Of a DNA stretch of 64,000 nucleotides, positions 1 to 12,922 are shown piece by piece. The stretch lies in the NCBI GenBank assembly GCA_010909165.1, contig MU008171.1:372001-436000 (forward strand), in the 5' to 3' direction. The position numbers and the translations under genes are program-made. Each line of letters starts with the position of its first letter. Within the stretch, counting starts at the first letter, position 1. This stretch comes from Anthoceros angustus. Lineage: Eukaryota; Plantae; Anthocerotophyta. The notes below the pieces were generated by a model. That model saw nothing but the letters and a program-made list of their open reading frames with translations, ran no database searches and had not been told where the DNA came from.

Positions 1-633
1 GTGACACTGCTATCTCCATTACACTCTATCACTTTTTGAAATTGGTGTAATTATATTTGTAAAAAAGTATTAAAAACTGTAAAAATAAACCCTTGAGGCC
101 TAAGTGGGATTGGAAAAGTCATCACCATTTTGGTGAGAAATGATGTGGATTTGCAGCAAGAAATCTGCTTCAAGGTATTGTCAACCCCAAAATGCTCACC
201 CTACTCAAATCGAGCCTTTCAACCCGCGTTTTTGAACATTGTGCATTTTTTGTTGTATGACACTTATTCGCGTTAAGGTTACCTCTTGTGGGAAATTCTG
301 CCCTTCATATTTTGAAAACTTATTGAAAACTTTTAACCAACCTATCCAATTGAAACGCGAAACGATGTTTCAAAGAAACACACCAACCCCTCAAGAAAAC
401 AAACGGGAACATTACTACCTAAATACTCATCCTGTTTGTTTAGGGTTTTGGAAAGGCCTTTTCTTGGATTACCGTACCCAAAAGGGTGATTCGGCGTTAA
501 TTAATGAAAATTAGTAAAATTGAAAAATCCAGAAATTATTGAACTTAAAATGCACACTGTGTAAAAATTTACAAGTTTAAGATGTCGAAAACAAGGAAAC
601 TAGAGTTTGTGTGGAAAATTAGGGCCTGTTGAG

Positions 634-1320
634 GCGAGCGGGCGGTGAGGGAGCGAGCGGGCGGTGAGGGAGCGAGCGGGCGGTGAGGGAGCGAGCGGGC
701 GGTGAGGGAGCGAGCGGGCGGTGAGGGACGAGCGGCGGGGGAGGGAGCGGCGGTGGGGAGCGGGCGACGGGCGCGGCGGGCGCGGGCGGCGGGCGGGGCG
801 AAGCGCGCGGCGCGCGGGCGGTGGCGCGGAGCGGCGGCGCGAACGGGCGCGGCGCGCGGGCGGCGCGGGCGCGGAGCGGGCGGTGGGGAGCGGGCGCGGG
901 CGGAGGTACCCGAGCGGGCGCGAAAAGGGGCGCGAGGTGCCCGGCGCGGCGCGGTGCGGTGGCGCGGGCGCGGGCGCGGGCGCGGTGCGCGGAGTGCTGG
1001 AGCGGGCGGTGCGGAGCGGGCGGTGCGCGGAGCGGGCAGGCGGAGCGCGGTGCGCTGGAGCGACGGCGGAGCGGCGCGGGCGAGCGGGCGCGGCGCGGTG
1101 CGCTGCAGAGTGGACGCGGCGTGGACCGGACCGGAGGGGTTTTGGGCGCGGCGCAAGAGTAGGCGCAGCGCGGAGTGGTGCGAAAGTGGGCGCTGCGGCG
1201 GTACGGGCGGGCACGGTGCGGTACGCCGGGCGCGATTGTGGTGCGGCGCGGGCGCGGTGCGCGGAGCGGCGGGCGGTGAGGGACGAGCGGCGGTGAGGAG
1301 CGAGCGGCGGTGGTCGCTGC
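634..1320. repeat. GC-rich low-complexity tract starting with a 19-bp tandem repeat (GCGAGCGGGCGGTGAGGGA x5, 634-728), then degenerate GCGCGG/GAGCGG repeats
   Basis: Visible directly. The overlapping Arg/Ala/Gly/Pro ORFs in all frames are explained by composition. Confidence 0.85.
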
Positions 1321-1599
1321 GCCTTTCCGTGGACGGAGGCGGGCCCGGGTGTTTTACCGCCGGACGAAGGCAAGGACCGCTTCATGAGGTAGGTGTCCGG
1401 AGGTAGGGTGGGCAGTTGGCCGGAGTCGAGCAGACGGCAGGTGTAGCCCCGCTGTTTCCGGCTCCAGAGGCGGGCCCGCCGGGTTCACGCCGCTATTGTG
1501 CCACGGAGTTGCGGCGTGTGTGTCACAACAAGGGAATTTATTTTTTCCCGATTTTGTTCGGGCCTTTCTAGTGTGGATTTCCTACCCCGCCTTTTTGGT

Positions 1600-2560
1600 T
1601 GCGAGTTGCGGGCGCTAGTTTGGTAGGCTCAGCGGTGGTTCTGGGTTGCGCCCTCCAGGCGAGCTCTTGGCCGGCCTTTTGTTCGCCATACGAGCTCACA
1701 CTCCGTATGTCCCAGAAAGGATGGGTCGTTTGTCCCCGGCCCCAGACTCGGCCCCTGCCGCCCGATCGGGCGCTTATGGTTCTTTAGTACCCTTCCCACC
1801 GGGGCGGTCTACACCTCCGTGATCGCTAAGGACACTCCGTGTCTTGTGTGCTCAACTCTGCTGCGGTGTCAAGGGGTGAAAACCCACATTGGGCACATGC
1901 ATAAAGATTTCACCTGCACTACTTGGGCTGCCCAAGTGCACATTGCGACCTCCTCCAGCCTGCGTGTGCTCCGGCCCAAGATCGCCCCTTCGTGGTGTCT
2001 CTCGGAATGGTGGGTCACCGATCACATACTTGGAATGTTTGATCCCTGTGACGAGTTAGCTTGGTGCCTTCTCCCGTGGTGCCTTCTCCCGTGGTGCCTT
2101 GTGTTCTAGGGCCGGGCATCGGAAGTTGTTAGTTGTCTCGCGCCGCTGGATCGGGCATCCCTCCGTGAGGAGGCTTTGCGTCGCCAAGGCTCGCGTAATC
2201 CGCATGCTAGCTTGAACAGTCCCGTAATGCAACAAACCCGCTGCTGTAAGCCAGTGCAGTGTGAGTATGCTCACGCTGCGAGGCTCTTCACCCTCCCCTA
2301 GCCCCGCTCGAGGAGACCATTATTGCCCTCCGTGCCTCCATCCAGCACCCAAGGATGCCATCCCCCCGGACATATCTGACTACGCCCCGGAGGATCCCTT
2401 CTCCCTGGATCGTGCAGCTTTTGCTCGCACTCTACGACCCCACGCCTTCATCCGCCGGGGCCGTGAATGGTGTTTGAACACCCTGTGACCTTTTCTCCTC
2501 AAGATCCATCTAGTGGCTTCCCAGCTCTTTTCTCCGCCGCGGTGGCTCGGTGAGACGCCA
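1600..2560 (+). mobile_element. Degenerate 5' portion of a CRE-like (RLE-type) non-LTR retrotransposon
   Basis: C2H2-like motif CLVC-x11-HIGHMH (1819 ORF). LHPAPKDAIPPDISDYAPEDPFSLDRAAFARTL (~2330-2435) is homologous to the pre-RT segment at ~21450-21720 (-), LHPVLRGAIP...DYVHEDPFSLDWAAFALAL. Homology ends at AVARGETP (~2560). Confidence 0.65.
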
Positions 2561-3693
2561 AGACACGCTTAGAGACAACATGAAAGCAAGCTGATGTTGA
2601 GGAACTATCGGGCGAAATTCAGCAACCCAAGTCAGAGACAATGTAAATGCCGTAACACGGGGCACAAAATCGCAGCTGCTACAGCAAATCTACCAGCCCT
2701 TTGCGCATGCTTTTAAACAAACGTGCACAACATAAATGGATCAACAACAACAATTAACACTGATGCAAACCTCCAAGATCTTTCTAACTTGGAAGGCAAA
2801 ACCATGCACATGAACCCTTTGCACATGCTTCTAGACAAACGTGTCAAGTCAACCTGCTCCTCCGCCTTCTCGTCCCTTGCCTGCATGCTTGCTTGCTCCT
2901 GTTGCACATGCTCTCTATCTTTGTCACCCCCTCCTTATCAACCAGCTCGGAAGAAGAGGCCTTCTTAGCTTCCTTAGAGGAGATAGGTGTCCCTCTCTCC
3001 ACCGCCCAACTTCCACGAGCATTGATTAGCATTAATTAATCTAATTACTTATCTTTAAGTAAGTAATATGTATTAATTAATCAAAAGCGCTTATGTTAAT
3101 AATCCTTGGTTAGTGTTAATTAAACATAGTTAGCAATAGCTCAATGGATAAGCACAAGTAATATGCTTTAGCATATTCCTTGCATATTATAGTGTATTCT
3201 TAGGATATTTTCGGCATATGCTGATGGCAATAGGATATCTTAGGAATATGCCGATGCCAAAGGCTAGTATATATAGACCCTTTCACAGAGGACAATCTCA
3301 TATTATAACGTGTCCTCTAGATATGCATTGCAAGAGTGTTGAGAGGAGGCCAAAGCTATGACTCTGAGAGCGATATCGATGTGTGAGGAATTTACGTTTG
3401 TTATCGTGGGGAGAGTGTGTTTGTGCCACGACGTGCGAGCTACTCTCTTCTATTGTCTATTGGTTTGCACCTATACTTGCGTATTAGATTTGTTTTGCTT
3501 CGTTGTCTGTTGAGGAAGTGCTCATATGAATGCAAGTCTTACCTCGTGCGACACCCGCCATCATTCTCCCCTTGCATATTGCCCATCCAAACGGAAGTAT
3601 AAAGGGATGCTAAGGATGGATACATGATTCCATTCATTGTTTAAGGGAGGCCAAGTCATTTCGGATCGGTATGGACTCTTTTGCATTTCCAAC

Positions 3694-3830
3694 GAGTCTT
3701 TCATGACATACCTTGTGCGAGGTGCTGCCTACCCTCCATCTGCATCACAACCTATACCCCGAGGAGTCTTTCATGACATACCTTATGCGAGGTGCTACCT
3801 TCCCTCCATCTGCATCACAACCTATACCAC
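3694..3830. repeat. ~70-bp imperfect tandem duplication (GAGTCTTTCATGACATACCTT...CACAACCTATACC x2)
   Basis: Direct comparison of the two units. Confidence 0.75.
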
Positions 3831-4208
3831 GAGGGCAGGCTTCTCCTCCCACTCCTGCATCTCAGGTATAAGGTTATGGTCTTTTCCCACCGTACGAACA
3901 TCCTCCAAAATACCATATTTATGTAAAGGGGTTAATATTTGCCTTTTATACACCTAAGGGGGTTTCTGATGGGTCCTAAATCAGCCTTTTTTATCACTTG
4001 GTCAAAACCCAGGCTTAAAAAAAGGGGAACAACGACTTTGGCCCATGTTTTTATGTCCGTATCATGATGGCGAAGGGTGTGGACCATCCATTGTACTTAA
4101 GTTTGGGCTCAATTGATACCCATGCAGTGCGACCATCATTACCGGTGAAGTTACAAAATTATGAGCAATACATGACAAAATTGCGGCTAAGCATGGCAAT
4201 TCCGTCTC

Positions 4209-4481
4209 TGATGAAATATGACCTATTTAGGGCACTCTTCACTAGGGCACCTAAGGCTATTAATTAATTTAGTTCTTAGGGCTTTAGGTAGTTTAATGAG
4301 TAGTTAGTTGTTACAACCACTTAGAGGTTAGAACTACTTATGGTTACAACCACCTTATGGTTATAACCACCTAGCCTATATAAAGGCTTTGTACTTTCTA
4401 TTATAATCAATGCATACAACTTTTGTGCAAAGCTTTCTACTATCTGCTATGTTTTGCTACCTAGAGCTATGATTCTCATCA
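4209..4481 (+). repeat. Copia 5' LTR (copy 1)
   Basis: TGATGAAAT...TTCTCATCA with terminal inverted TGATGA/TCATCA and internal TATATAAA. Followed by PBS at 4482-4492. Confidence 0.95.
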
Positions 4482-5857
4482 TGGTATCGAGCATTGCTGC
4501 TCTCTATTTGCATTGGACAACTTGACATGCTGATCTACTCTTCTTCTTCATCTTCTTCTTCATTTCTTTTTAGAAGATGTATAGATTCTTTAGATTGCAT
4601 GTCATAGATTGTCATGTTTTGCCTTCCTTAATCTTCAATAATGCACACTCGGCATCCAATCCTTGCTTCAATGCGATGGATCCTTCAATCCTTGCAAGCA
4701 AGGCTATTGGAAGAAGATTAAGGCTGCAAGACAAGAGATAGAATATAGGAATGCAAAGATTAGAATTGCTAGGAAGTCTAGTAAGATAGTTTAATGAGTA
4801 GTTAGTTGTTACAACCACTTAGAGGTTAGAACTACTTATGGTTACAACCACTTAGAGGTTAGAACTACTTATGGTTACAACCACCTTATGGTTACAACCA
4901 CCTTATGGTTACAACCACTTAGAGGTTAGCAAGAGAAGTGCGTGATCTCAATAAGCGCCTCCTTGAGCATACCGATCCAAACATGCCGAAATGTCTTCAT
5001 CACAAACTTTCCTTACTTTTCGTCATCACGACAAACACGCCAAGATGAAAAGGTTTCTTCTTGTTTTGCTCCCCGATTTCTGCATGATGATGAGGAAATG
5101 CGAGGCGCTTGCACTCTCTAACAATAGTGACCACCGCAATGGCTGGTTCCGACGTGGACGATCGAGAGGAGGAGGCGATCCACCCAAAGATGAAGTACGA
5201 CCTTCCATGGTGAATCACAACTATGGTGACAGTTTTAAGGAGAAGGACAGATTCAATGGGCAGGCGTACGACGTTTGGCGCCTGCAAATGTGTGCACTTT
5301 TCCACAATCGAGACCTATGGGACGTTGTAAGTGGGTCCACACCCAGACCACAGTGGGGCTCCGAGAGCAAAGAAACCTAGGACGCCAGGGATGAAAAAGC
5401 TCAAGACCTCCGATCACACACCTATACCCGAGGAGTCTTTCATGACATACCTTATGCGAGGTGCTACCTTCCTCCATCTCGCATCACAACCTATACCACG
5501 AGGCGTGCTTCTCCACCTCGCATCTCGTGTATAAGGTTATGGTCTTTTCCCACCGCATTTAACATCCTCCAAAATACCATATTTATGTAAAGGGTTAATA
5601 TTTGCCTTTATACACCTAAGGGGTTTCGATGGGTCCTAAATCGCCTTTTTATCACTTGGTCAAAACCTGTGCTTAAAAAGGGGAACAACGACTTTGGCCC
5701 ATGTTTTATGTCCAGTATCATGATGGCGAAGGTGTGGACCATCCATTGTACTTAAGTTTGGGCTCAATTGATACCCATGCAATACCATCATTACATGAAG
5801 TTACAAAATTATGAGCAATACATGACAAAATTGCGCTAAGCATGGCAATTCCGCCTC

Positions 5858-6131
5858 GATGAAATATGACCTATTTAGGCACTCTTCACTAGGGCACCTA
5901 AGGCTATTAATTAATTTAGTTCTTAGGGCTTTAGGTAGTTTAATGAGTAGTTAGTTGTTACAACCACTTAGAGGTTAGAACTACTTATGGTTACAACCAC
6001 CTTATGGTTATAACCACCTAGCCTATATAAAGGCTTTGTACTTTCTATTATAATCAATGCATACAACTTTTGTGCAAAGCTTTCTACTATCTTGCTATGT
6101 TTTGCTACCTAGAGCACTATGATTCTCATCA
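5858..6131 (+). repeat. Copia 5' LTR (copy 2, inside the tandem duplication)
   Basis: Near-identical to 4209-4481 apart from small indels. Followed by PBS at 6132-6142. Confidence 0.9.
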
Positions 6132-6142
6132 TGGTATCGAGC
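6132..6142 (+). promoter_or_regulatory. Primer binding site, initiator tRNA-Met type
   Basis: TGGTATCGAGC directly after the LTR's CA (canonical TGGTATCAGAGC minus one A). Same sequence at 4482-4492. Confidence 0.85.
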
Positions 6143-6328
6143 ATTGCGCTCTCTATTTCACAAGCAACTTGATATGCTGATCTACTCTTCTTCTTCATCT
6201 TCTTCTTCAGTTCTTTTTAGAAGATGTATAGATTCTTTAGATTGCATGTCATAGATTGCTGTCATGTTTGCAGGTTCCCTAATCTTCCATAATGCACACT
6301 CAGTGCATCCAATCCTTGCTTCAATGCG

Positions 6329-9300
6329 ATGGATCCCTTCAATCCTTGCAAGCAAGGCTATTGGAAGAAGATTAAGGCTGCAAGACAAGAGATAGAATAT
6401 AGGAATGCAAAGATTAGAATTGCTAGGAAGTCTAGTAAGATAGTTTACAACAACACAAGAAACTTCCCTGATAAAGACTCTCAGAGAACCATCAATCAAC
6501 ACACCCTACGCAGAACAAGCATAGAGGAGTTAGCAAGAGAAGTGCGTGATCTCAATAAGCGCCTCCTTGAGTCATACACCACAGGACATCCGATGTCTTC
6601 ATCACAAACTTTCCCTTCTGCTTGTCATCCCGACAAACACGCCAAGACAGAAAAGGTTTCTTCTTGTTTTGCTCCTTGTGATTTCGCATGATGATGAGGA
6701 AATGCGAGGCGCTCAACTCTCTAATAGTGACCACCGCAATGGCTGGTTCCGACGTGACGATCGAGAGGAGGCGGATCCACCCAAAAGATGAAGTACGACC
6801 TTCCGTGGTGAATCACAACTATGGTGACAGCTTTAAGGAAAAGGATGATTCAATGGGCGGTGATGACGTTTGGCGCTGCGACGCGTGCACTTTTCCGCAA
6901 TCGAGACCTATGGGACGTTGTAAGTGGGTCCACACCAAACCACGGGGCTCGAGAGCAAAGAAACACAGGACGCCAGGATGAAAAAGCTCAAGACCTCGAT
7001 CGGTGGACTAGCCCTTAATATGGTAAGACAATGCTCAAGCAAAACTTCTAAGCAGATGTGGGATCACCTTGCTCGCTTATATTCTTCAAGAGATGTGATG
7101 AGTATGATGACGCGATGCGCAACTTCTTCAATCAAGATGAAGGAATCGACTCACGAACACCATATCAACACTTTCCAAGCGATCTCAATATGAAGCGCCA
7201 CCAACACCTCCGCCTCCGAACTTGTTGCATTCCTTGTTCTCTTGATTTCCCTCCCACCCTCCTCAGCACCATTTCTCACCACGTACGTGGTTCGACAAGC
7301 CCAAAAGAATTGGGCGGTTTCGATGCGACAAGACCTCGACATCGTGTCGCAACTCATCGGAGCCATGATTCGGAGGAGTCCACGCCATGAGCCCAAGTCC
7401 AGCAGTGATGTACTGGAAGAGGCAGGAAGAGGCGGCAAAAGTTCTCCTTCCAATAGACGCTTATTCCACACCAAACAAATATCATGGCGAATCCAACTCT
7501 TCCACACCTTCCGGGGTACCAAAAGAGTGGAATTATTTGTAATTGGTGCGAATACCTAATCACATGGAAAAGGATAGAAAGAAGAAGAATGGGAACCTAG
7601 ATCGAGGCCCGCCGCTCATGTTGCTTCAAGAAACACTCTTCATCAACAACACGTGTGCTCACTATTTGCCTTGCATCCTCTAAGCCGCAACCGCTTATTG
7701 GTACCGGTGGAGCAACATCACATATCTGCTACAACAAAGACTCCTTCGAGTCATACACCCCAGCCACAGGACATCCGACTGTTCTCCTGGGCGATGATCA
7801 CACCCTTCCCATAGCGGGCCTAGGTTCTGTTGTACTCAGATGTGATTCAGACTCTTCATCTTCATCAAGTCCTCCATGTTCCTGCCATGTGCAAAAACCT
7901 AGTGTCAGCCGCTAGTCTTTGCAAAGAACATACCATGCAGGTCCTTTTATATGCCGATAGTTGTTCCCTTTCCTACCTCAAGAATAGAACACACACTATC
8001 TGCACTGGCATCTTAGAAGATGGACTCTATAGATTGTCAGTCAAAGTAGGAGCCACACATTCCGTCAATGTAGCCTCCCAACATTCTCGCACAACCAACA
8101 CACACGATGCTCGGCATTGTAGATTAGGTCACCTAATAGTCGGTTACTCCAAATGTCTAGAGACAACTCATAGAACACCTGCTCTCCAAGGTTCACAACT
8201 TAGATTGGTGCGAAACTGTCCTCACAAAACGTCACCGAACCTTTCAAAATCCATCTCCTCAAAGGGCCAAGTCACCTTTAGAGATAGTACACAGACATTT
8301 GTGGACCCCTCTCTACACCCTCCTTCAGGGTAGTAGATACTTCTTAACTTTACCGACGACTATTCCTGCTCGCCTCCTACATCCTCACACAAAAGAGTGA
8401 AACTTATCGCTTTTCAAGGATTACATGGCATGGGCGTAAAGGCTTATGATCACAAACTCAAGACCTTACGTTCCGACAACGGTGGAGAGTTTACATCTCA
8501 TAGATTTGCTGAATTTTGTCGAGTCAAGGCGTAGCTCAACAATTAAGTGTAGTATACACTCCTCGGCAAAATGGCGTAGAAAATAAGAATCTCCGCCTCC
8601 AAGAGATTACAGTTGCTGTTAACACAAGCTAACTTATCCAAAAGCTTATTGGGTGAGGCCCTCCTTACAAGAACCTATCTCATGAATCGCCGACTTCCTC
8701 GTCAAGGTATGACTCCATATGAAGCATTCACGGCAACAAGCCTTCCATAGATCACCTTGAATTTTTGGATCTCCATATGTCTTTATCCCTAAAGTACAAC
8801 GCAAGAAGTTAGATCCAAAAGCTGCCAAATATCTATTTATTGGCTACACCAAGGCATCAAAGGTTACAAGCTATTTGAACCCACAACACGGAAGCTTATA
8901 TATGCCGAGTGTTACTTTTCATGAGTCTTACCTCTTTTCCCAGGGAGCTGGTACATCCGGCCCCGAGGACGCCTCCAAGAGCCCTCGATACCTCCTCATT
9001 TGATGATACCGATTATATCACTCAATTTCCAGCCTCGCCTACGTGTTCCGTAGTTGAACCTCTCAGGAGGAGGAGGAGTTAGCATCTATTCCACATGAAA
9101 CACCACCGATGGCGACAACATTCAAGTCGAGGAGCCAGACACTCTTTATGAAGAGCATGATGACCCTCCGTGAATGACATGGAGCACCATGATCCTATTG
9201 ATGTTCTGCTCCGTGGAAGATGCACCGTAACCTACACAAAGGTACAACTTAAGAACCCGTCCCGCAATCCGGACCGCAGGATGGAAGGAACCTCCTTTAG

Positions 9301-10885
9301 GATATCTAGCTTTTGATGATCCTCTTCCCCTGTATCACTTTACTCACAAGTGTATACAAGGCAACCATAGATCGGAAGAACCTCTTACCTTAAAACAAGC
9401 TTTCTCTTCTCCGAAAAAGCCTTATGGAAGGTAGTCAGAGATTCGAATATAACTCTCTCATTAGTAACTCTACATGGGAATTGGTTAAGCCACCTAAGGG
9501 TAGGAAGATAGTCACCAGCAAATGGGTATTCAAAATTAAGAGAAAAGGAGATGGTTCCATTGAGAGATACAAAGCACGCCTTGTGGCTGTGGGATTCACC
9601 CGATACCGGGTTTAGATTACCTCCCATGGGCCACATTCGCTCCGAGCAAAGTTTGCTTCCCTTAGAATAATCTTCCTTACCCATCATGATCTTGAGCTCC
9701 ATATGATGGATGTGAAGACAACATATCTCTATGGCCTTCAAGAAGAAATCTACATGAAACACAAGGTTATGAGGTTAAAGGCAAGGAAGATTGGGTATGT
9801 GAGACTAATTAAAGGCTTGTATGGCCTTAAGCAACTGTAAAATTGGAATATGGACATACATGTGAAACTCATCAAAGAGGCTTCAAAGTGATGCCGATGC
9901 ATGCATGTATATCCTAATATCGTGCAATGATACCTTTTACTTATTGCTCACGTGACGTATTCATGGCCACAAACTCTTACTCTAGCCGAGATCAAAAGTC
10001 GGCTCAAGACTTTTATGAAATGTCCGATTTAGGAGAAATGACATATGCACTTGGTGTCAACATTATTAGAGATCGAGCAAACAAGACTCGAGTATTGTTC
10101 AAACCAAGTACATTAAAGAAAGTTTAACCAAGTTTGGACTTGAAGATGCGAAACGCCCTACACCTTTGCTAGCGGGTCAGCTTACCATGGATATGAGTCC
10201 AAAGACAAGACAAGATAAGTTGGAAATGTCAGTCCCATATCGACATCTGTTGGCACACTTATATATTTATCCAACTTCACACGACCATATATCTTCAAGT
10301 CGCCTCGCTCACAATTCGAGAACCTCGACGTGAACCGGATGTCAACTAAGCGCATATTCGATACCTCAAGGGTACCATGCACAGGATTGACATTCAAGTA
10401 TACACCGGCATAAAGACGTTGACATTAAAATACCGACGCCGACTATGCCGGTGACCCGACACGCAGATCCGATCGTATCGCTGCTATTGGGGAGCACCGA
10501 TATCTGGTCAAGTAAGAAACAACCAACCATAGCCTTGTCCGACGAGTCGAGTATAGAGTACTAACCTCGGTTGCTAAAGACATAGTATGGACTAGGCTAA
10601 CCTTGAGTGAACTTCATCACAAGCGTGAAAAGCCCACCTTGTTGTTGAGTGATAGTCGTGAGCTATAGCCTTGTCAAGGAACCACATCTTCCACTCTAGA
10701 ACTAAACATATTGTCGAATATCATTATATCGAGAGAAAATAGAGGATAAAACTATAGATATTAGTTATGTTCAAACTTTAGATAATGCTGATTTATTAAC
10801 AAAGTCACTAGGCATTGAATCGCAGGAAACATATGAAATGTTTAGGTATATTGGACACATGCCTCCAAACTATAGTTCATCCTAG
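6329..10885 (+). pseudogene. Copia gag-pol, heavily frameshifted in this sequence
   Basis: Gag N-terminal LFRNRDLWDVVSG (FNGQAYDVWRLQM in copy 1), protease-like GATSHIC, pre-integrase HCRLGH, integrase LRSDNGGEF (~8470), RT NSTWELV...KWVFKIK...RYKARLVA and GLYGLKQ, RNase H DADYAGD, WSSKKQ and RTKHI. Confidence 0.9.
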
Positions 10886-12629
10886 CACTAAATTGGTCTA
10901 CTTAAGATAACCTTAGTAATCCAATATTCTATTCTAAGTCTTGAACAATCATCCTCAATCTTAACATAGGCAGAGCTGCATCCTCTCCTTCATACATAGT
11001 TGAGGTGCTCTCTAGAAAATAATATTAAAATATTAAATAATATTTTGCTAATTAAAACTTTTCATATTCTCTTAACCTCAAGAATACTCACGATAGACAT
11101 GGATCATATGCCCGGAAATTCTTCACAAACAAAGATACATAACCCGTATCATATGTATCTTAGTTTCGCAAACATAGGAGCATGGAGGGCCCGCCCGAAT
11201 TCCCCTTTCATATTAGTGATTATATAGATGAGCTTCACATCATCACCCTTGGGATATATGCGGGTTTAATCCTATGTTTCCTATTCTATGTCTTTCTCGG
11301 AAAAGAAACCTAAAATGGGCAAGATTTTAGCAAGAGAAAATAAGTTAGAACACCTTTTTAGAGTCACAAAAGCATGTCTACCTTTTCATTTTTCTCATTT
11401 TCTTCATTTTTTTCATTTTCCTTTTTCCCATAATTTTCCATACATAAATCTGCGAAAATAGTATCAGAAAATTCATCACAATTAATATTTTGAAACTGGA
11501 AAATGGTCATTTTGAAGATGCCCACAAACGGGCTTACAACTAGGTGCCTCTCCTCATGACAAAAGGGGGCATCCGCTCAAGGTGCCTCCCTTCACGACAA
11601 GGGGAATGCCATGCTATACCATGTCGCTATCTTACTTGAGATTTCAGCCTCCCTTCATCACAGGCGGAAGCCCTTCAATGAAGATTCTTCCGAGGCACTT
11701 GTATCCATAAGAGAACAATCTCGCGATTTCTTCCCACAGAGCTTTGAGAAATCTTCCTCGACGATCTCTCACCGCACACAATGGCGACTGCAGCTTGGAG
11801 CGTGTTGGATTAGCGGCAGCACTTTTGAGAAATTGAGACAAGACATGCGAAGATCGCTTTCTTTAATCTCCGGCTTGGGTGAGACACTCCCGCATATGGC
11901 GCACTCACACATCAATGGCGATCTTGACACTGCGGGAACAAATTCCACCTCTCCCGGTGACTTCAACCTCTACACGAGCTCACCACTTCATCCCACCGAA
12001 AACGTGGTGGGCTCTCCACAAAGGTTGGAATCCATTTAGATGCGGGAGGATCACTGTGCCGCACAAGTGGGGCGCGCGGGCGCGGTCCCTCCCCTGTGAC
12101 TTCTTTCTTTTTCCACCGCAGTGTTGGCACCCATCTACTTGCAATCGGCCCCGCACCACCGCAGTGATCCGAGCACATGGGCGGCGCGGGCGCGCGGCGC
12201 GGGCGCGGGCGGCTCCCGCCCCGCCGTTTGTGTCCGGCCATAGCGCAAGTTCTTTGTGCTTCATGAGCGGGAGCGAGCGGGAGCGGGAGCGGGAGCGAGG
12301 GGAGGAGGAATAAAACCGTATGGGGGTTTCATTAACGGCATGACCCCCATGGTATACTGGACGGCATCACATGCCCCATGGGTTTAACCCATTTAATGGT
12401 TTTAACCCATTTAATGGTTTTAATTTTACCTTTTACCTTTTACCTTATTTAGGAATTTACCATTTCCTAATTACTTTTTGGTAATTAATTTTGATTACGT
12501 TAAATTCTGCTTAAATGTAACTTAAGCCAGTTTTAATTGTTTTCTTAGTTAGTGGATAGCTTTCAAGTTAGTGGGAGCTAACTAGCCTTTTAGTCTCATT
12601 TTGAAGCTGATTCTTCACACCTAGTTCAT

Positions 12630-12922
12630 AGTGAGTGGGAGTGATGAAATATGACCTATTTAGGGCACTCTTCACTAGGGCACCTAAGGCTATTAATTAA
12701 TTTAGTTCTTAGGGCTTTAGGTAGTTTAATGAGTAGTTAGTTGTTACAACCACTTAGAGGTTAGAACTACTTATGGTTACAACCACCTTATGGTTATAAC
12801 CACCTAGCCTATATAAAGGCTTTGTACTTTCTATTATAATCAATGCATACAACTTTTTGTGCAAAGCTTTCTACTATCTGCTTGCTATGTTTTGCTACCT
12901 AGAGCAGCTATGATTCTCATCA
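12630..12922 (+). repeat. Polypurine tract (AGTGAGTGGGAG) plus copia 3' LTR (12642-12922)
   Basis: Matches the 5' LTRs and is followed by TSD GTCTC. Confidence 0.95.

Larger units (their letters stand above)
4209..12922 (+). mobile_element. Ty1/copia LTR retrotransposon, structurally complete, with duplicated 5' part
   Basis: TG...CA LTRs at 4209-4481, ~5858-6131 and 12642-12922. PBS TGGTATCGAGC after the first two LTRs, purine tract before the last. 5-bp TSD GTCTC at 4204-4208 and 12923-12927. Domain order gag-PR-INT-RT-RH. Confidence 0.95.

Noticed and set aside
569-1406. Long overlapping R/A/G/P-rich ORFs on both strands
   Set aside because: By-product of a stop-poor GC repeat tract; no domain signal.
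2551-3553. Possible solo LTR (TGAGAC...GCGACA with an internal TATA)
   Set aside because: No matching TSD (CTCGG vs CCCGC), poor terminal inverted repeat, and the TG start belongs to the CRE-like reading.
4790-4930. CRISPR-like short repeats (TTATGGTTACAACCAC)
   Set aside because: LTR-internal minisatellite with no unique spacers and no cas genes, in a eukaryotic context.
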